Source of the DNA: Andalucia godoyi And28 | Taxonomy: Eukaryota; Protista; Jakobida | Direction: 5' to 3' | Length of the DNA: 64,000 nt | Assembly: GCA_009859145.1 (NCBI GenBank) | Contig: VRVR01000053.1 | Coordinates: 142,375-206,374, forward strand | In this document: in pieces, positions 40,889 through 51,454 of the stretch | Layout: each line of letters starts with the position of its first letter | Numbering within the stretch: the stretch's first letter is position 1 | Notes under the pieces: model-generated | The model's database searches: none | What the model was told of the DNA's origin: nothing | Seen by the model: only the letters and a program-made list of their open reading frames with translations | Translations under genes and position numbers: made by a program

Positions 40889-43639
40889 TCAGAAGAAAAA
40901 CGCAGAGCAATCGTGAGATGAGAATGGCAGAGTTGGGACAGAAGACTGCGGCATCAGCATCGAAGAAGGATTGGGAAGACTGTGCGAGCGAAATACCCCC
41001 GGGCCGCTCATAAACCTAGTGCGGTTGACGGCTGACGCAGACATCTTGCTGTCTAGATCAAACAACGACGAACGTCCAAAATAGCCATCATCGACCATGG
41101 TCTCATTTGATTGGTCCAAGTCGTCGAGCGCGTCGAGATCATCGCCAACACTGAGATCGGCATCCGGAGGGCTGCTCATCGAGCTTTCAGTCAGACCGTC
41201 ATCGTCGTGGACCGATTGACCCGTCAAGAACGACACGGAAATGGGGGGATGGGAAAGGGAACCAGGCGGGGAAGCGGAAACGCGGCCTTGATGTACAGCA
41301 TGCGATGCGCCACTCGCACTGGAAAGTTTCGAGGAATACGAGGTCCCAGTTGATGAGACACTCGATGCTCCGGAAGAAATTACGGAAGAATTGGAAACGA
41401 AGGAAGAGACACTGCTCGTGGACAGCCGCGGGTTCGGCGACGGAGGAACGCATGTCTCATCTTCGTCCGGAAGCCTCATTTCCGAGTACTTAGCCTTTTC
41501 GTCACGCGACATGCCCTTCCAACGATTTGCTGCTGCTGTCGACATCTCCGAAATCGAACACTTTTCATTCATCTTCTTGTATTCGACATAAAAGAGTCTT
41601 TGGAATCGATTGTACGCGTTTAGCGGCTTCTTTGGCTTCGCTCCATCTGACCCGGCGACAGAGGAACGGCGCGCAGCAGAAGGAGTTGTGGGTGTGGAAG
41701 GATCGTCGAAAGGAGATGCGGACACCGAAGGTCCGAGCGACACGTTGCGAAACAAGGGTGTCAGTGGCTGTTGAACTGCTGGGCTGACAGGAAGTGAAAC
41801 AGATGAATCGGCAACACCCACAGACGCGGATAGCATGGGTGCAGAGGCCGTGCGTCCCAGAGCCGAAGAGGTTGTCAAAATAGGAAGAGATACAACATCC
41901 CGTTTTCCCATCTTTGTTGTCAAAATGGGCGATAATGCCGGCTTTGTCGAGGCAGCGATTCCCGATGTCGTGCGAATTCCACTGATGACATTCGCAGTTG
42001 ACGCTCCTGGATGTGAAGAAGACGTTCCAGCGCTGCCGGCATTCGTCATCGTCGTCGTCGTAGGAGCAGTAAGGGTAGCAGTAGAAAAAGGAGGAGTAGA
42101 TACAGAGCCACCGGGATGTGAAACGACGGAGATGTTCAAGTGGATTGTCTGGCTTGGAGGGGACGTGCTCGTCGAGGACAACGGCAACTTGGCAGCAGTT
42201 ACAATCGGCAACACAATGGAATTCGATGTCGTGGTGTGCGAGTCAAACGCTAGATTCAGCGACGGATGCTCGGTTACCTTGAGCGGTGAAACCGAGGACT
42301 GGCTTGCGTTCGTCGGTGAGGACGAAGTATTTGATGGTGACGAAGAGGAAGACGTCACCAGGGATGAGCATTCCGACGATAGGCCAGCTCCCACAATGGA
42401 AGCAGGCGGCGCATGTGCAGATACTGAGGAAGACACCGGAACAACTGGCAGCATGACGACAGACGGTGCATGCGCAGCCTCCGACTCTCCTGTGCAGACA
42501 GAGCCATTTGAAACAGCGGCTTGCATTTGCTTTTGCAACTGCGATTGCTGCTGCTGCTGCAGTAGTAGTAGCTGTTGTTGTTGTTGCTGCTGCTGCTGCT
42601 GCAAGAGAAGAACTTGTTGACGCTGCAATTCAGCAGCCTCGACGGCATACCGCTGTCGCTCTTCTGCCGATAAGGATCTCCACTGGCTTCCCATGAGTCT
42701 GCAAATTTCAAAGAGCGACATTTCCGGATGAGCGACCTTCACCTGATCAAACTCCTGTTTGAAAAAGACGTTATAAGCATTGAGGGGCTTTTTCGTCTTT
42801 TCTTCCTTTTCCTTGTGGCCCTTTTCGTGGCCTCCAGCAGACGACGACGTCGCAGGCAATCCACAATGACACATCCCGTTTTCTCCGACGACGCATTTGC
42901 TATTTCTATCTTCTTTATCCTTCTTCTTGGAAGACGAAGATGGCGAAATGGACACGTTTTCGAGCCGCGCACCAACAGAACCAGTGGACGATGACGATGC
43001 AGTACGCTTCGATTGCGGAGGCGACGGAATTATCGTGTTTGTTTCTGGAAGACACAGCGGCATGTGATCCGAGACAGACGAAATCGATCTCTTGCGACCG
43101 CTATTAAGGGCATTGCTACCAATACTACAGACGCTACTGTTACTGCTGACGGTGGAACCATTGAATGAATAAAGAGCAGAGGATGAATGCGAGTTATTCA
43201 ACGCCGCCTTCTTTCTCAACAAGAACGATGTGTCCGGCAGCGAGCTTCCCAACAACCCACTGGAATTCGTTGGGGAAACACCCCCGGGTCGCATGACCGC
43301 GGCCGACACAGCACTTGACGATGGTACTGATACAGCTGATGACGGAAACGAGCCATTTTCAAAGGACCAGTTCCACGGTCCGCTATCTTCTTCCGACGTA
43401 GTAGGCTGTGGAGAAGGCGAAGACGACGATACGGATGAAGAAGAAGAAGAAGATGATGATGATGAGGACGAAGAAGAATAGGAGGAGGAAGAGGAGCAAG
43501 CAGACCGGCTTAAAGAAGCAGGCTGCAGATTGAGATTCATATGCAGATGGAGGTGGTGTGGGGTTTCATGGGGAACGCCGAAATCCACCGAGTCCGGGAC
43601 AGGAGAATCAAAGAACAAATCCACCGATCGTCCATCCAT
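40889..43639 (-). CDS. HMG-box protein with two HMG boxes
   Basis: KKPLNAYNVFFK...HPEMSLFEICRLMGSQWRSLSAEERQRY and KKPLNAYNRF...EMSTAAANRWKGMSRDEKAKY; poly-Q and Ser-rich linkers. Start at ATG 43639. Confidence 0.9.
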   Translation of the reverse strand: MDGRSVDLFFDSPVPDSVDFGVPHETPHHLHLHMNLNLQPASLSRSACSSSSSYSSSSSSSSSSSSSSSVSSSSPSPQPTTSEEDSGPWNWSFENGSFPSSAVSVPSSSAVSAAVMRPGGVSPTNSSGLLGSSLPDTSFLLRKKAALNNSHSSSALYSFNGSTVSSNSSVCSIGSNALNSGRKRSISSVSDHMPLCLPETNTIIPSPPQSKRTASSSSTGSVGARLENVSISPSSSSKKKDKEDRNSKCVVGENGMCHCGLPATSSSAGGHEKGHKEKEEKTKKPLNAYNVFFKQEFDQVKVAHPEMSLFEICRLMGSQWRSLSAEERQRYAVEAAELQRQQVLLLQQQQQQQQQQLLLLQQQQQSQLQKQMQAAVSNGSVCTGESEAAHAPSVVMLPVVPVSSSVSAHAPPASIVGAGLSSECSSLVTSSSSSPSNTSSSPTNASQSSVSPLKVTEHPSLNLAFDSHTTTSNSIVLPIVTAAKLPLSSTSTSPPSQTIHLNISVVSHPGGSVSTPPFSTATLTAPTTTTMTNAGSAGTSSSHPGASTANVISGIRTTSGIAASTKPALSPILTTKMGKRDVVSLPILTTSSALGRTASAPMLSASVGVADSSVSLPVSPAVQQPLTPLFRNVSLGPSVSASPFDDPSTPTTPSAARRSSVAGSDGAKPKKPLNAYNRFQRLFYVEYKKMNEKCSISEMSTAAANRWKGMSRDEKAKYSEMRLPDEDETCVPPSPNPRLSTSSVSSFVSNSSVISSGASSVSSTGTSYSSKLSSASGASHAVHQGRVSASPPGSLSHPPISVSFLTGQSVHDDDGLTESSMSSPPDADLSVGDDLDALDDLDQSNETMVDDGYFGRSSLFDLDSKMSASAVNRTRFMSGPGVFRSHSLPNPSSMLMPQSSVPTLPFSSHDCSAFFF

Positions 43640-44376
43640 CCTGATAACCACACAATGAGAAAACGCTCTCAGCCACACACACACACACACACACGCAGAC
43701 CAACAGGAGTCCTGACACTTGTCGGGGAGTGAAAAAAAAAATAATAGAGAGAGGCGAGGCAAGCAGAAGAGAGATGAGAAATATGTAATAAAAATAAAAA
43801 TAATTATAATATATGAATGAGACAGTTGATGATGCTGCTGATGATAATGATGACGATGATGAAAAGAAAGAAGAAGAAGGCGAAAAAGAGAAGCGAAGAA
43901 GAAAAGAAAAGAGAAACAGAAAACAGAAAACAGAAAACAGAAAACAGAAAACAGAAAACAGAAAAAACGGGGATATTTTCGTGTTCGAAATATGCGTAAA
44001 AAGAACGAGGGGGGGGTTTCGGGCGACAATACAAAAGGGGACTGCACTTTCTCATATTTACATATATATATATATGTATGTATGCATGTATATATATATG
44101 TTGCAGAAAACAATTTTTTTTAGTATTATTTGTCGGGTGATTTTTTTGGATTTTTTTTGTTCGTTGATGGTCTGTATTTTGCGCCGACAAACCCTAGTTT
44201 TTCTTCCAAATCCCTGCCTTACAACAGATTGTTTTTCTGATGCAGTTCACTGTTTCTTCTCCGTTTCTGGAATCTACAGTATGTATGAATTTGTGAAGCC
44301 GAATCAAACTGCCGGTTCGTGTCCGTTTCCCTTGTCTTCTCTTCTGACGGGTAGGGGGTGGTGGGTGGTTGCTGCT

Positions 44377-46968
44377 ATGAAAAACTGGGAGCGACTCGTT
44401 GGGAAAGCAGTCTCGATTGGGATTGACAAGCTGCTTCTGGCCCGGGAAAACCCGCCATCAGATGCAAAAAATGTAAGGTTTCAGGCAGAGAATGACTCTC
44501 GGAACTTCTTTGATATTGTTCGTGAAATCACAACAAAGAATCCAGCCACAAACAGCCATCATCATCATCGTCTTGGCGGCAACCGTGGTGATGACGCAGA
44601 TGAAGATGAAGACGAAGAAGCGGGTGGCGGTGGTGGTGATATCACGAGACTTGCTTCTTCTTCTCCTGCTCCATCGTCTGCGATTGATTCTTCGCTGGAT
44701 GCGGAACAGCGCAGAGAAAAGTTGCTCATGAAGACGAACCGTCGGAAAAGAACGGATCTCGTCGACGACGGTGATGTGTATGTGCTGTGCACACACGGAA
44801 TTCCACATGCGTTCATTTGGAATTTGGCCTTGAAAAAGGCACGGCAGGGCGCGACGAAGCAATTCGAGCTGCGGAATGAAGGCCGGCCGAGAGAAGTCAG
44901 GCCGCATGAATCTGTTATGGAGGCGTTCTTTTTGTTTCGGTACGCCAGTTTGAGAAAGTGCCTGGCGCAGGTGACATCGTCCAAGAGGTCTTCTGCAGTC
45001 CTCGGCTCCTTTCTGCACTATATCATACTGGACATCTTCGGCGACTCGCTCCCACAGTCAGTCTTCCAGGAAAATTCGAGCAGCGGTTTTTCCACGGAGG
45101 AAGCGGTATGTGCTGAGGGCAGCAGGTCAAGGTCCGCGCCACCGCTACCACTTCACCCATCACCACCAGCAGCAGTCCTGGCTTCACGCAAGAAAGAGGT
45201 GCTGGGCCACGCCCTGGACCGTCTTGCAAAGTACTACACCATCTTCTTCCAGTACGTACATGACGTGTGTATGAAGGTCATGCCACCGCCACAGAGCAGA
45301 GCAGCGGTGCTGACACCGTCGTCGGCGTCCGATTCGATCCTCGAGTGGTACCCTTTTCTACTGGCGCATGCTACATGTGAATCTCTTTTGGTGGTCTTTC
45401 CGGGCGAATCGGTGTCTGCAGTGATTGACAGACCAACTCAGATGCGAGTCTTTGCAACTTCCTTGTCGCTGCTGAAGGGCTTGATTCCATCGACGTCCTT
45501 CGTTTTGGAACGCCGCTTAGACTTGTTTGGGCCTGTCGAAAGCTTCGAGCCGCTTCCTCCGGCCATCCGACTCTTCCACCTCAAGGACAAATCAGACCTG
45601 AAAAAATCGCAGGAGGTCAAGTTTCAAGAGGATATTCTGGAAGAATCGCTGGAGATTGGCGACGAAGTAAACTGGAAAGAGATCCGGGAGAAGAAGAGAA
45701 AGCAAAAGGTGAACAGCAAGAGACGAGCAGAAGCTCATGCGAAGGACCGCGGGTCTCCGGAGCGACTGGCTCTGAGCGGAACGACGGCGCCGCCGAGGGT
45801 TGCGAATCATTCTTCACAGCCTGTCGGTGGTGCTCAGAAGAGATGGGGCAAGGTCAGTCTCCTTGTCAGATCAAACATTTCTTCCCCTCTCTCTGCGAAT
45901 CCGCCGGGCAGTCCTGCGCAGGATGTCTCTGCAGCCGTTCCTCCAACCAGCCGATCGTCATCCTCTGCATCCAGCCGGTTCGGAAAATCCGATCAAAAGA
46001 CAGACGTCGCCACCCTTAGCATTGAAACTCCCCTCGAAGAGGAGCTCTGCAAGTACGCAAAAATATACAAGGAGCAAAACTTGGTAAGCCGCACGGCTCC
46101 GGGATTTTTGACACAGTTTGAGATTCCAGTGTCCCCCTCTGTCCGCGAGATGGTAGCGATCTCTCGCGAGCACGCATCGCGATTTTGCAAAACAATATCG
46201 TGTTCGAAACCGGATATTCGGAATCGATTGCCAGCGACGTCCGGAAAACCGAAGTTAAAGAAGCCTGCGGAGGTCACCAGTCGCCAACAAGACGGACCCG
46301 AGATCGAGGTCATTACGCACAGCAGACCGCCTTCGCAGGGAATTTTCCTCACAGATGTTCCTTTGGATTTAGGGTCCGCAAAAATGCTGTCTAATGCGCC
46401 CTCTGGGAGCTCATCTCGGTCTGGAACAGCCAGTCCTGCCGGAAAGGCTCATGTTGCACAGTCCAGCCCAGGTGACGATTCTTTGCTTCGAAAGTCGACT
46501 CCTGGCTGGGCTGTGACGCGCCATTTCGGTCTTGTCGAAGACTATCATGACTTTACTGCAGCGGAAAAGGCTCCTCATGACTACTTTTCCACAGTCACGA
46601 TGTCGCCCCTCATAGGCCGTTTTCTCCAGTTTCCCGGTTCTGTTGCAGTGCTGTCCAGTTCCACAAAATCGCTGACTGCGTGGGCCACTGCGAATGTAAC
46701 TTCCACACAGTCTTCCTTTGATCCGACGGCCCACATGACGAGCCCTGCTCTGAACAGCGCATTCGAAAAATCCTTTTCCACCAGTGGCCGACGACAGTTT
46801 CTTCGAATGCGCTTTCGTCCGGAGCAGCCCAAAGGCCTTCTTCTTCCCATTGTGTCTGGAGCCGTAGAAATGTTCAAAACAAACCGTCAGCAACAAAACA
46901 AGCCCCTCGAAAGCGTCTTGCCGAGAGTTGGGACTTCCGACAGCATGCATTCCTTACCCTGCGAGTAA
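44377..46968 (+). CDS. FAM227 (FWWh-domain)-like protein
   Basis: LDRLAKYY..FF...DSILEWYPFLLAHA.......FP......V...L..L.GL.P and a later SPLIGRFL resemble the recalled FAM227 consensus. The FWW motif itself is absent. Start at ATG 44377 (alternative 44281). Confidence 0.55.
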   Translation: MKNWERLVGKAVSIGIDKLLLARENPPSDAKNVRFQAENDSRNFFDIVREITTKNPATNSHHHHRLGGNRGDDADEDEDEEAGGGGGDITRLASSSPAPSSAIDSSLDAEQRREKLLMKTNRRKRTDLVDDGDVYVLCTHGIPHAFIWNLALKKARQGATKQFELRNEGRPREVRPHESVMEAFFLFRYASLRKCLAQVTSSKRSSAVLGSFLHYIILDIFGDSLPQSVFQENSSSGFSTEEAVCAEGSRSRSAPPLPLHPSPPAAVLASRKKEVLGHALDRLAKYYTIFFQYVHDVCMKVMPPPQSRAAVLTPSSASDSILEWYPFLLAHATCESLLVVFPGESVSAVIDRPTQMRVFATSLSLLKGLIPSTSFVLERRLDLFGPVESFEPLPPAIRLFHLKDKSDLKKSQEVKFQEDILEESLEIGDEVNWKEIREKKRKQKVNSKRRAEAHAKDRGSPERLALSGTTAPPRVANHSSQPVGGAQKRWGKVSLLVRSNISSPLSANPPGSPAQDVSAAVPPTSRSSSSASSRFGKSDQKTDVATLSIETPLEEELCKYAKIYKEQNLVSRTAPGFLTQFEIPVSPSVREMVAISREHASRFCKTISCSKPDIRNRLPATSGKPKLKKPAEVTSRQQDGPEIEVITHSRPPSQGIFLTDVPLDLGSAKMLSNAPSGSSSRSGTASPAGKAHVAQSSPGDDSLLRKSTPGWAVTRHFGLVEDYHDFTAAEKAPHDYFSTVTMSPLIGRFLQFPGSVAVLSSSTKSLTAWATANVTSTQSSFDPTAHMTSPALNSAFEKSFSTSGRRQFLRMRFRPEQPKGLLLPIVSGAVEMFKTNRQQQNKPLESVLPRVGTSDSMHSLPCE

Positions 46969-47296
46969 TCATCATTGCGCGCACACCAGTCACCGCATCC
47001 GTCCCGGTTTTTCAAGTCTATAAACACACACACACACACACAGAGAGAGAGAGCATCGCCACTCTTGCTTGCTTGGCCGCGAGTCTTGCAAAAGCTGGCA
47101 TTTTTACACATGGCTATTTCTCTTTACAAGTACTAAAAAAAATAGTAATAAAAATAATACAAAAAACAAAAAACCAAAGAAAGAAGAAAGAAAAGATCGC
47201 TCTCCTATGCATCATGGATCTTTGCAGAAAAAAGCGCTTGGTTTCCAGTGACGGAAGCTCGGGGGCGCACGTCAAAAATGCGTGATCAGAGCCCAC

Positions 47297-47965
47297 CTAC
47301 TCTGACTTGCGAGTATCCTTCTTCTCACCCGCCGCGATGCTGGCACCCGTCAGTTGTTCCGTTCCGAGCGGTGTATCTGCAGGAACATCGCAGATCTTAG
47401 GGGTTGCTACGCTGTCCAGTCTGCTTGCGATTGCGGCGGAATGCTGGTTGACAAGCGCAGTCGCAGAAGCTTTGAGAGCAGCGTCAAGCGCCTTTGAAGC
47501 GTTTTCAGAGAGCCACTTTGAACCAAAGACAAGACCTTGTTTTGCGACACCGTGGGCAACTCCTCCGATTGATGCAATCTTCGCGTCGATAACATGTTCG
47601 TGCGCCGAGAGGAACGGCTTAATGTACCGCAAATACATGTATTTTGCGCCCTGTGTCTGCGGAAGCTGGAGCCACAGAACAAACAAGAATTTGGCCTCAA
47701 AATAAAACGGAATGATCCAAAACACAACATCTGCAAAATACTCGACAAACGAAAAAAACCCAAGAATGATCCAATACGTGAGCCATTGATCATCATCTTC
47801 GCGATCCGGGGTTTCAAGCGCTTTGAAGGAGCGGTAGGCTGGATACACAAGCGACAGGACCATCGTTAGAGGTCGCGAAAGCAAAAAGGACAGCATGTAT
47901 GCAGTGGTGGCAGGGAACGAACTTCCAAATTTTAAACAACTGAGGAGTCCAAGAACAATGAGCAT
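47297..47965 (-). CDS. REEP/YOP1/HVA22 (TB2/DP1) ER-shaping protein
   Basis: LVYPAYRSFKALE...DDDQWLTYW......VE.F.D....IPFY..AK.LF.LWL.LPQTQGA...Y....P. Confidence 0.95.
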   Translation of the reverse strand: MLIVLGLLSCLKFGSSFPATTAYMLSFLLSRPLTMVLSLVYPAYRSFKALETPDREDDDQWLTYWIILGFFSFVEYFADVVFWIIPFYFEAKFLFVLWLQLPQTQGAKYMYLRYIKPFLSAHEHVIDAKIASIGGVAHGVAKQGLVFGSKWLSENASKALDAALKASATALVNQHSAAIASRLDSVATPKICDVPADTPLGTEQLTGASIAAGEKKDTRKSE

Positions 47966-48135
47966 CAGACAAGTACGCCACGCTCCACTCTCGTTTTTCT
48001 TCTTCTTCCTTGCTGCTCTTCTTCTTCCCTGTGATTCTTCTTCTTCTTCTTCTTCTTTTTGAGCGCACTCGGAAGATCTACAAAGTGTCCCAGGACAGGC
48101 CGATGGCTGAGAAAAACGTCCGAGCGAGAGCCGAC

Positions 48136-48765
48136 GAATAATGACACGTCATTGTCATGCAAACGGAAGTATCCATAAACAGACATGGTCAATACTGGCC
48201 GACACTAGCACGTTTGTTTCACAGGGGAATTCGTGCTTACGCACGCTCGGCCAGAATTCAGCCGGTGACATAGGCTCTGCACTTTCGACGCTCTTTAACG
48301 CAGCATCCGTAGCCATCTATTCTATCATTCGTTGGTTTCACTCATTTAATTCAAATATGGGCGTGAGTGCGCTGGGATGACGCATTCGCCTACGCCTACG
48401 CCGCCCGATGCAGGGCCGTCAGCATCAAAATGCACCCTTCTCAGGAAGACCGTGAGGCGTGTTGGGGGCCTGTCCCCTTCGCGGCAACGGGATGCAAGAC
48501 TGAATGTACACGTTCAGTGTATAATGTAGGCGTCGTCAAGTGTCGTTGGGGGAAAGCTGCGAACGGAAAGCTGTGGTTTATGCATGCATATGAATGTCGA
48601 CATAACGGTAAAATGAACCGATTTGTGCTTTCAGCCGGTCGAAACAGAAAGACTATGTGCGTAGCTGATTTATCCCCTTCCCAGTACTGCAGCGCAGTCC
48701 CGGATGCAACATTGCTGATGCAAACAGTCAGCGACAGCTATGGATGATCAGTGTACAATGCACGC
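48136..48765 (-). repeat. Dispersed non-coding repeat family, copy 2 (short unit 48136-48530 plus longer variant 48660-48761)
   Basis: Reverse complement aligns with 35930-36346. The second sub-unit shares GCATTGTACACT...CAATGYTGCA.CC...GGGAA.GGGG with 51461-51570 at matching spacing (79 vs 81 nt). Confidence 0.85.
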
Positions 48766-48827
48766 ATTACGAAAGAAGGGTTTTTTTTAATTAATTAATT
48801 TAAATACAGCAAACAACTGGGGGCAGT

Positions 48828-51125
48828 TCACTCTTCGGATTCAGAGAGCAAGTGCGACTTGAAAGAGTCTTTGCTGCGCTTGGGTTGCGATGCATTCATC
48901 GCGAGAGACCGCTGAGACAACATGCGTTTGGCGGCGATCGCCAGGGCAATGAACACGATTAACAGTGCGACCAACCCAAATGCAAAGCATGCAATCAAGA
49001 AGGAATTGTCGACGCAGTCGGTTCTATTATTATTGGACTTTTCAAAAGTCGAGCAGTCCTTGCAGCTGGTCCACCCGGACTTTGAGTACGAGTCTTCCCT
49101 GCACGTCGAACAGCCGCCCGTGCCGAAGCTGGACTTGTACTCACCCTCGTTGCACATCGCACACGCTGCAAGCACGTTCTGCACATACAGACCCGCAGCG
49201 CATCCGCAGGAGATGTTGGAAACGAACGGCGAGAGCGCAGCCGGAATAGGACAATCGAAGACGGAGCTGGTCAGGTCAACGACTGCAAGTGTTGACGGGA
49301 AGTCAGTAGAGATGGGCCCGCTCATTTGGTTGCCCGCCAGCAACAGAGTTGCTAGCACAGGATATCCTGCGATAAGATTGGGAAGAGAGCCCGTAATGCG
49401 ATTCGAGGAAAGATCCAGATAGCGCAGCCTCGACAATGGCATGGCGAGCGACAGAGCTGGCAACGGGCCTGACACCTGGCAGGATTGGCACGCAATCACT
49501 TGGATTGGCATCGGAAGATTCGCAGGGTTTAGCAAATCGGAAGTTGAAACAGCCGAGGCAAATCCGGAAAGATCAACGGACGCAAGTCTTGGAAGCGAGT
49601 GCAAGAACGTAAGGATGTCACCCGACAGCGTGTTGGACCCTCCTCCAATCTTGACGATTGTCGCAGAAGACAGGGTCGTCACATCGGCCAGGGACAACGT
49701 CAGCCGGTTCGACGACACGTCAATGCTTGACAGTTTCGACGACGTCGTTGACCAAGCCAGCGGCCAGCCCCCCGTGAGCTGATTGTCCGAAACAATCAGT
49801 TCAACAAGCATGATTGGAACGACAGGAGACGCTGCAAATGTGGGAAGCGTACCGGTCAGCCCACATGACACGCAGTGAAAGCTTCTCAGCTTCCCAGGCA
49901 ACGAATTCCCAGGAAAAACGCTTGCAAAGGCAGAGTTGATCGGGTTTGATGAAATATCGAGCGATTTAACCGCAGAACTTGTGAGAACAGATCCCAGAGG
50001 CAGGGTGAGCATGTTTGACGTCAGGAGGATATCCAGTCCAACAGTGGCGAATGGACCAGCAAAATTTCCAAGCGCCACGCTTCCAGTCAGCCGATTGTTG
50101 GCCAAGTTGAGCATCGCCAGCTTGGTGAGGGAGGTGCTCCACGCAACCGCACCCAGTGACCCTTCCAATTGATTCTGATTCAGCAAAAGAGTCGTCAGCG
50201 CTGTCCAAGACGCAATGGTGGGCGGCAGAGTCCCCTGAATGTAATTGTTCGAGAGATCCACGCTGCGGAGAGCAGGGGCTGCAAACTGCGGTAGAGAGCC
50301 CTTCAAGCCGCAACCGGAGCACGACAGGGACTGCAGCCGAGACGATGGAACCGAAGCAAACAAGACTGTCTGTACATTGCCATTCAGCGGATTGCCAGAG
50401 AAGGCAGCAGAAAGGATCTTAGGATTCCATTCCCCAGAAATGATCCTTGAAGCGCTGCCAGTGAACATATTGGAAACGACTCTGATCGACGAGAGATTGG
50501 CGAAAGCGTTCCAAGCGTACGATTCTAAAAGCCCGGTAAAGTTGTTGAACGACAGATCAAGATTGAACAGTCCCTTGGCTTGAAACACGGCATCCGGGAT
50601 TCTGCCGACCAGCTTGTTGCCTTCCAGATCAAGCGCCACCAGCGACCGCATGTCGGACAAACACGATGGGATTGAAGACACTTCGCTATATTGCAGTGCA
50701 AGTGTGGCCAAATTTGGAGCCAAGCACATCGCCGAGATGTTCCCTGCAAGCACGACTTCGAAAAAGTCCAGCGAACTGAGAGACAAGAGGTTTTGGAAGG
50801 TCGATGCTGGAAACTGCGCATCGCTGGGAAACACTGCACCACTGACGCTGTGCAGCAAGATGGATTTTACACGACCCGCAGCACACACGATTTCTCCGCT
50901 CGCTGCATCAGACGACAGCGTCCAATCACACGGCGCTAGTGCTGTCGTCCAGTCACCGAACGATCCCTTTATGGACCAATCTTGGAACGACAGCGCCGTC
51001 AAAATATCCTTGACGGACTGCACTTCTGTCGACGGCACCGCAATTGCAGCAGCAGGTCTGCAGAGGGCATCAAACGCGCAAGCCCACAGAGCCAGAGCAA
51101 CGAACACTCGCACAAAATGACGCAT
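48828..51125 (-). CDS. LRR receptor-like surface protein (signal peptide, plant-type LRRs, Cys-rich repeat, one TM, short tail)
   Basis: MRHFVRVFVALALWAC signal; repeats such as LxxLDLSxNxLxGxIP; CPIP...C.C..G.Y.....C..C..G.Y......GC..C..; TM FLIACFAFGLVALLIVFIALAIAA. Start at ATG 51125. Confidence 0.9.
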   Translation of the reverse strand: MRHFVRVFVALALWACAFDALCRPAAAIAVPSTEVQSVKDILTALSFQDWSIKGSFGDWTTALAPCDWTLSSDAASGEIVCAAGRVKSILLHSVSGAVFPSDAQFPASTFQNLLSLSSLDFFEVVLAGNISAMCLAPNLATLALQYSEVSSIPSCLSDMRSLVALDLEGNKLVGRIPDAVFQAKGLFNLDLSFNNFTGLLESYAWNAFANLSSIRVVSNMFTGSASRIISGEWNPKILSAAFSGNPLNGNVQTVLFASVPSSRLQSLSCSGCGLKGSLPQFAAPALRSVDLSNNYIQGTLPPTIASWTALTTLLLNQNQLEGSLGAVAWSTSLTKLAMLNLANNRLTGSVALGNFAGPFATVGLDILLTSNMLTLPLGSVLTSSAVKSLDISSNPINSAFASVFPGNSLPGKLRSFHCVSCGLTGTLPTFAASPVVPIMLVELIVSDNQLTGGWPLAWSTTSSKLSSIDVSSNRLTLSLADVTTLSSATIVKIGGGSNTLSGDILTFLHSLPRLASVDLSGFASAVSTSDLLNPANLPMPIQVIACQSCQVSGPLPALSLAMPLSRLRYLDLSSNRITGSLPNLIAGYPVLATLLLAGNQMSGPISTDFPSTLAVVDLTSSVFDCPIPAALSPFVSNISCGCAAGLYVQNVLAACAMCNEGEYKSSFGTGGCSTCREDSYSKSGWTSCKDCSTFEKSNNNRTDCVDNSFLIACFAFGLVALLIVFIALAIAAKRMLSQRSLAMNASQPKRSKDSFKSHLLSESEE

Positions 51126-51454
51126 CCCTCCGTCTTTGTTTCTCCGTTCTTTCTCTTTCGTCTCTCCAGCTACTCCACACCCCAGTCTAAACGAGAAAAA
51201 TATCACAGCACTCGAAATAGTAATGATGGTGATACTAATAATACTAATAATAATAAAACACCTTCCGTTTTGGAAAAGAATAGACAAACCAAGCTGTCAA
51301 CAAAATTATGCAGTAACAATACAGTTCTAATGGCAATGGCACCAGGGCTGGTTCGGCAGGAATTCCCAAAAAATAAAATAAAATAAAATAAAAAAGAAGG
51401 CTACCCAAACGAAAGGCAGAAAGAGGAAGGCCAGCGTCTTATAAAAGGTGCATG

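Noticed and set aside
35819-48747. Short ORFs shared between repeat copies (TRHCHA.GSIHKQT, GP.PF.ATGCKTE) as a possible transposase fragment
   Set aside because: The similarity just reflects DNA identity; frames break between blocks and there are no DDE, HUH or RT motifs.
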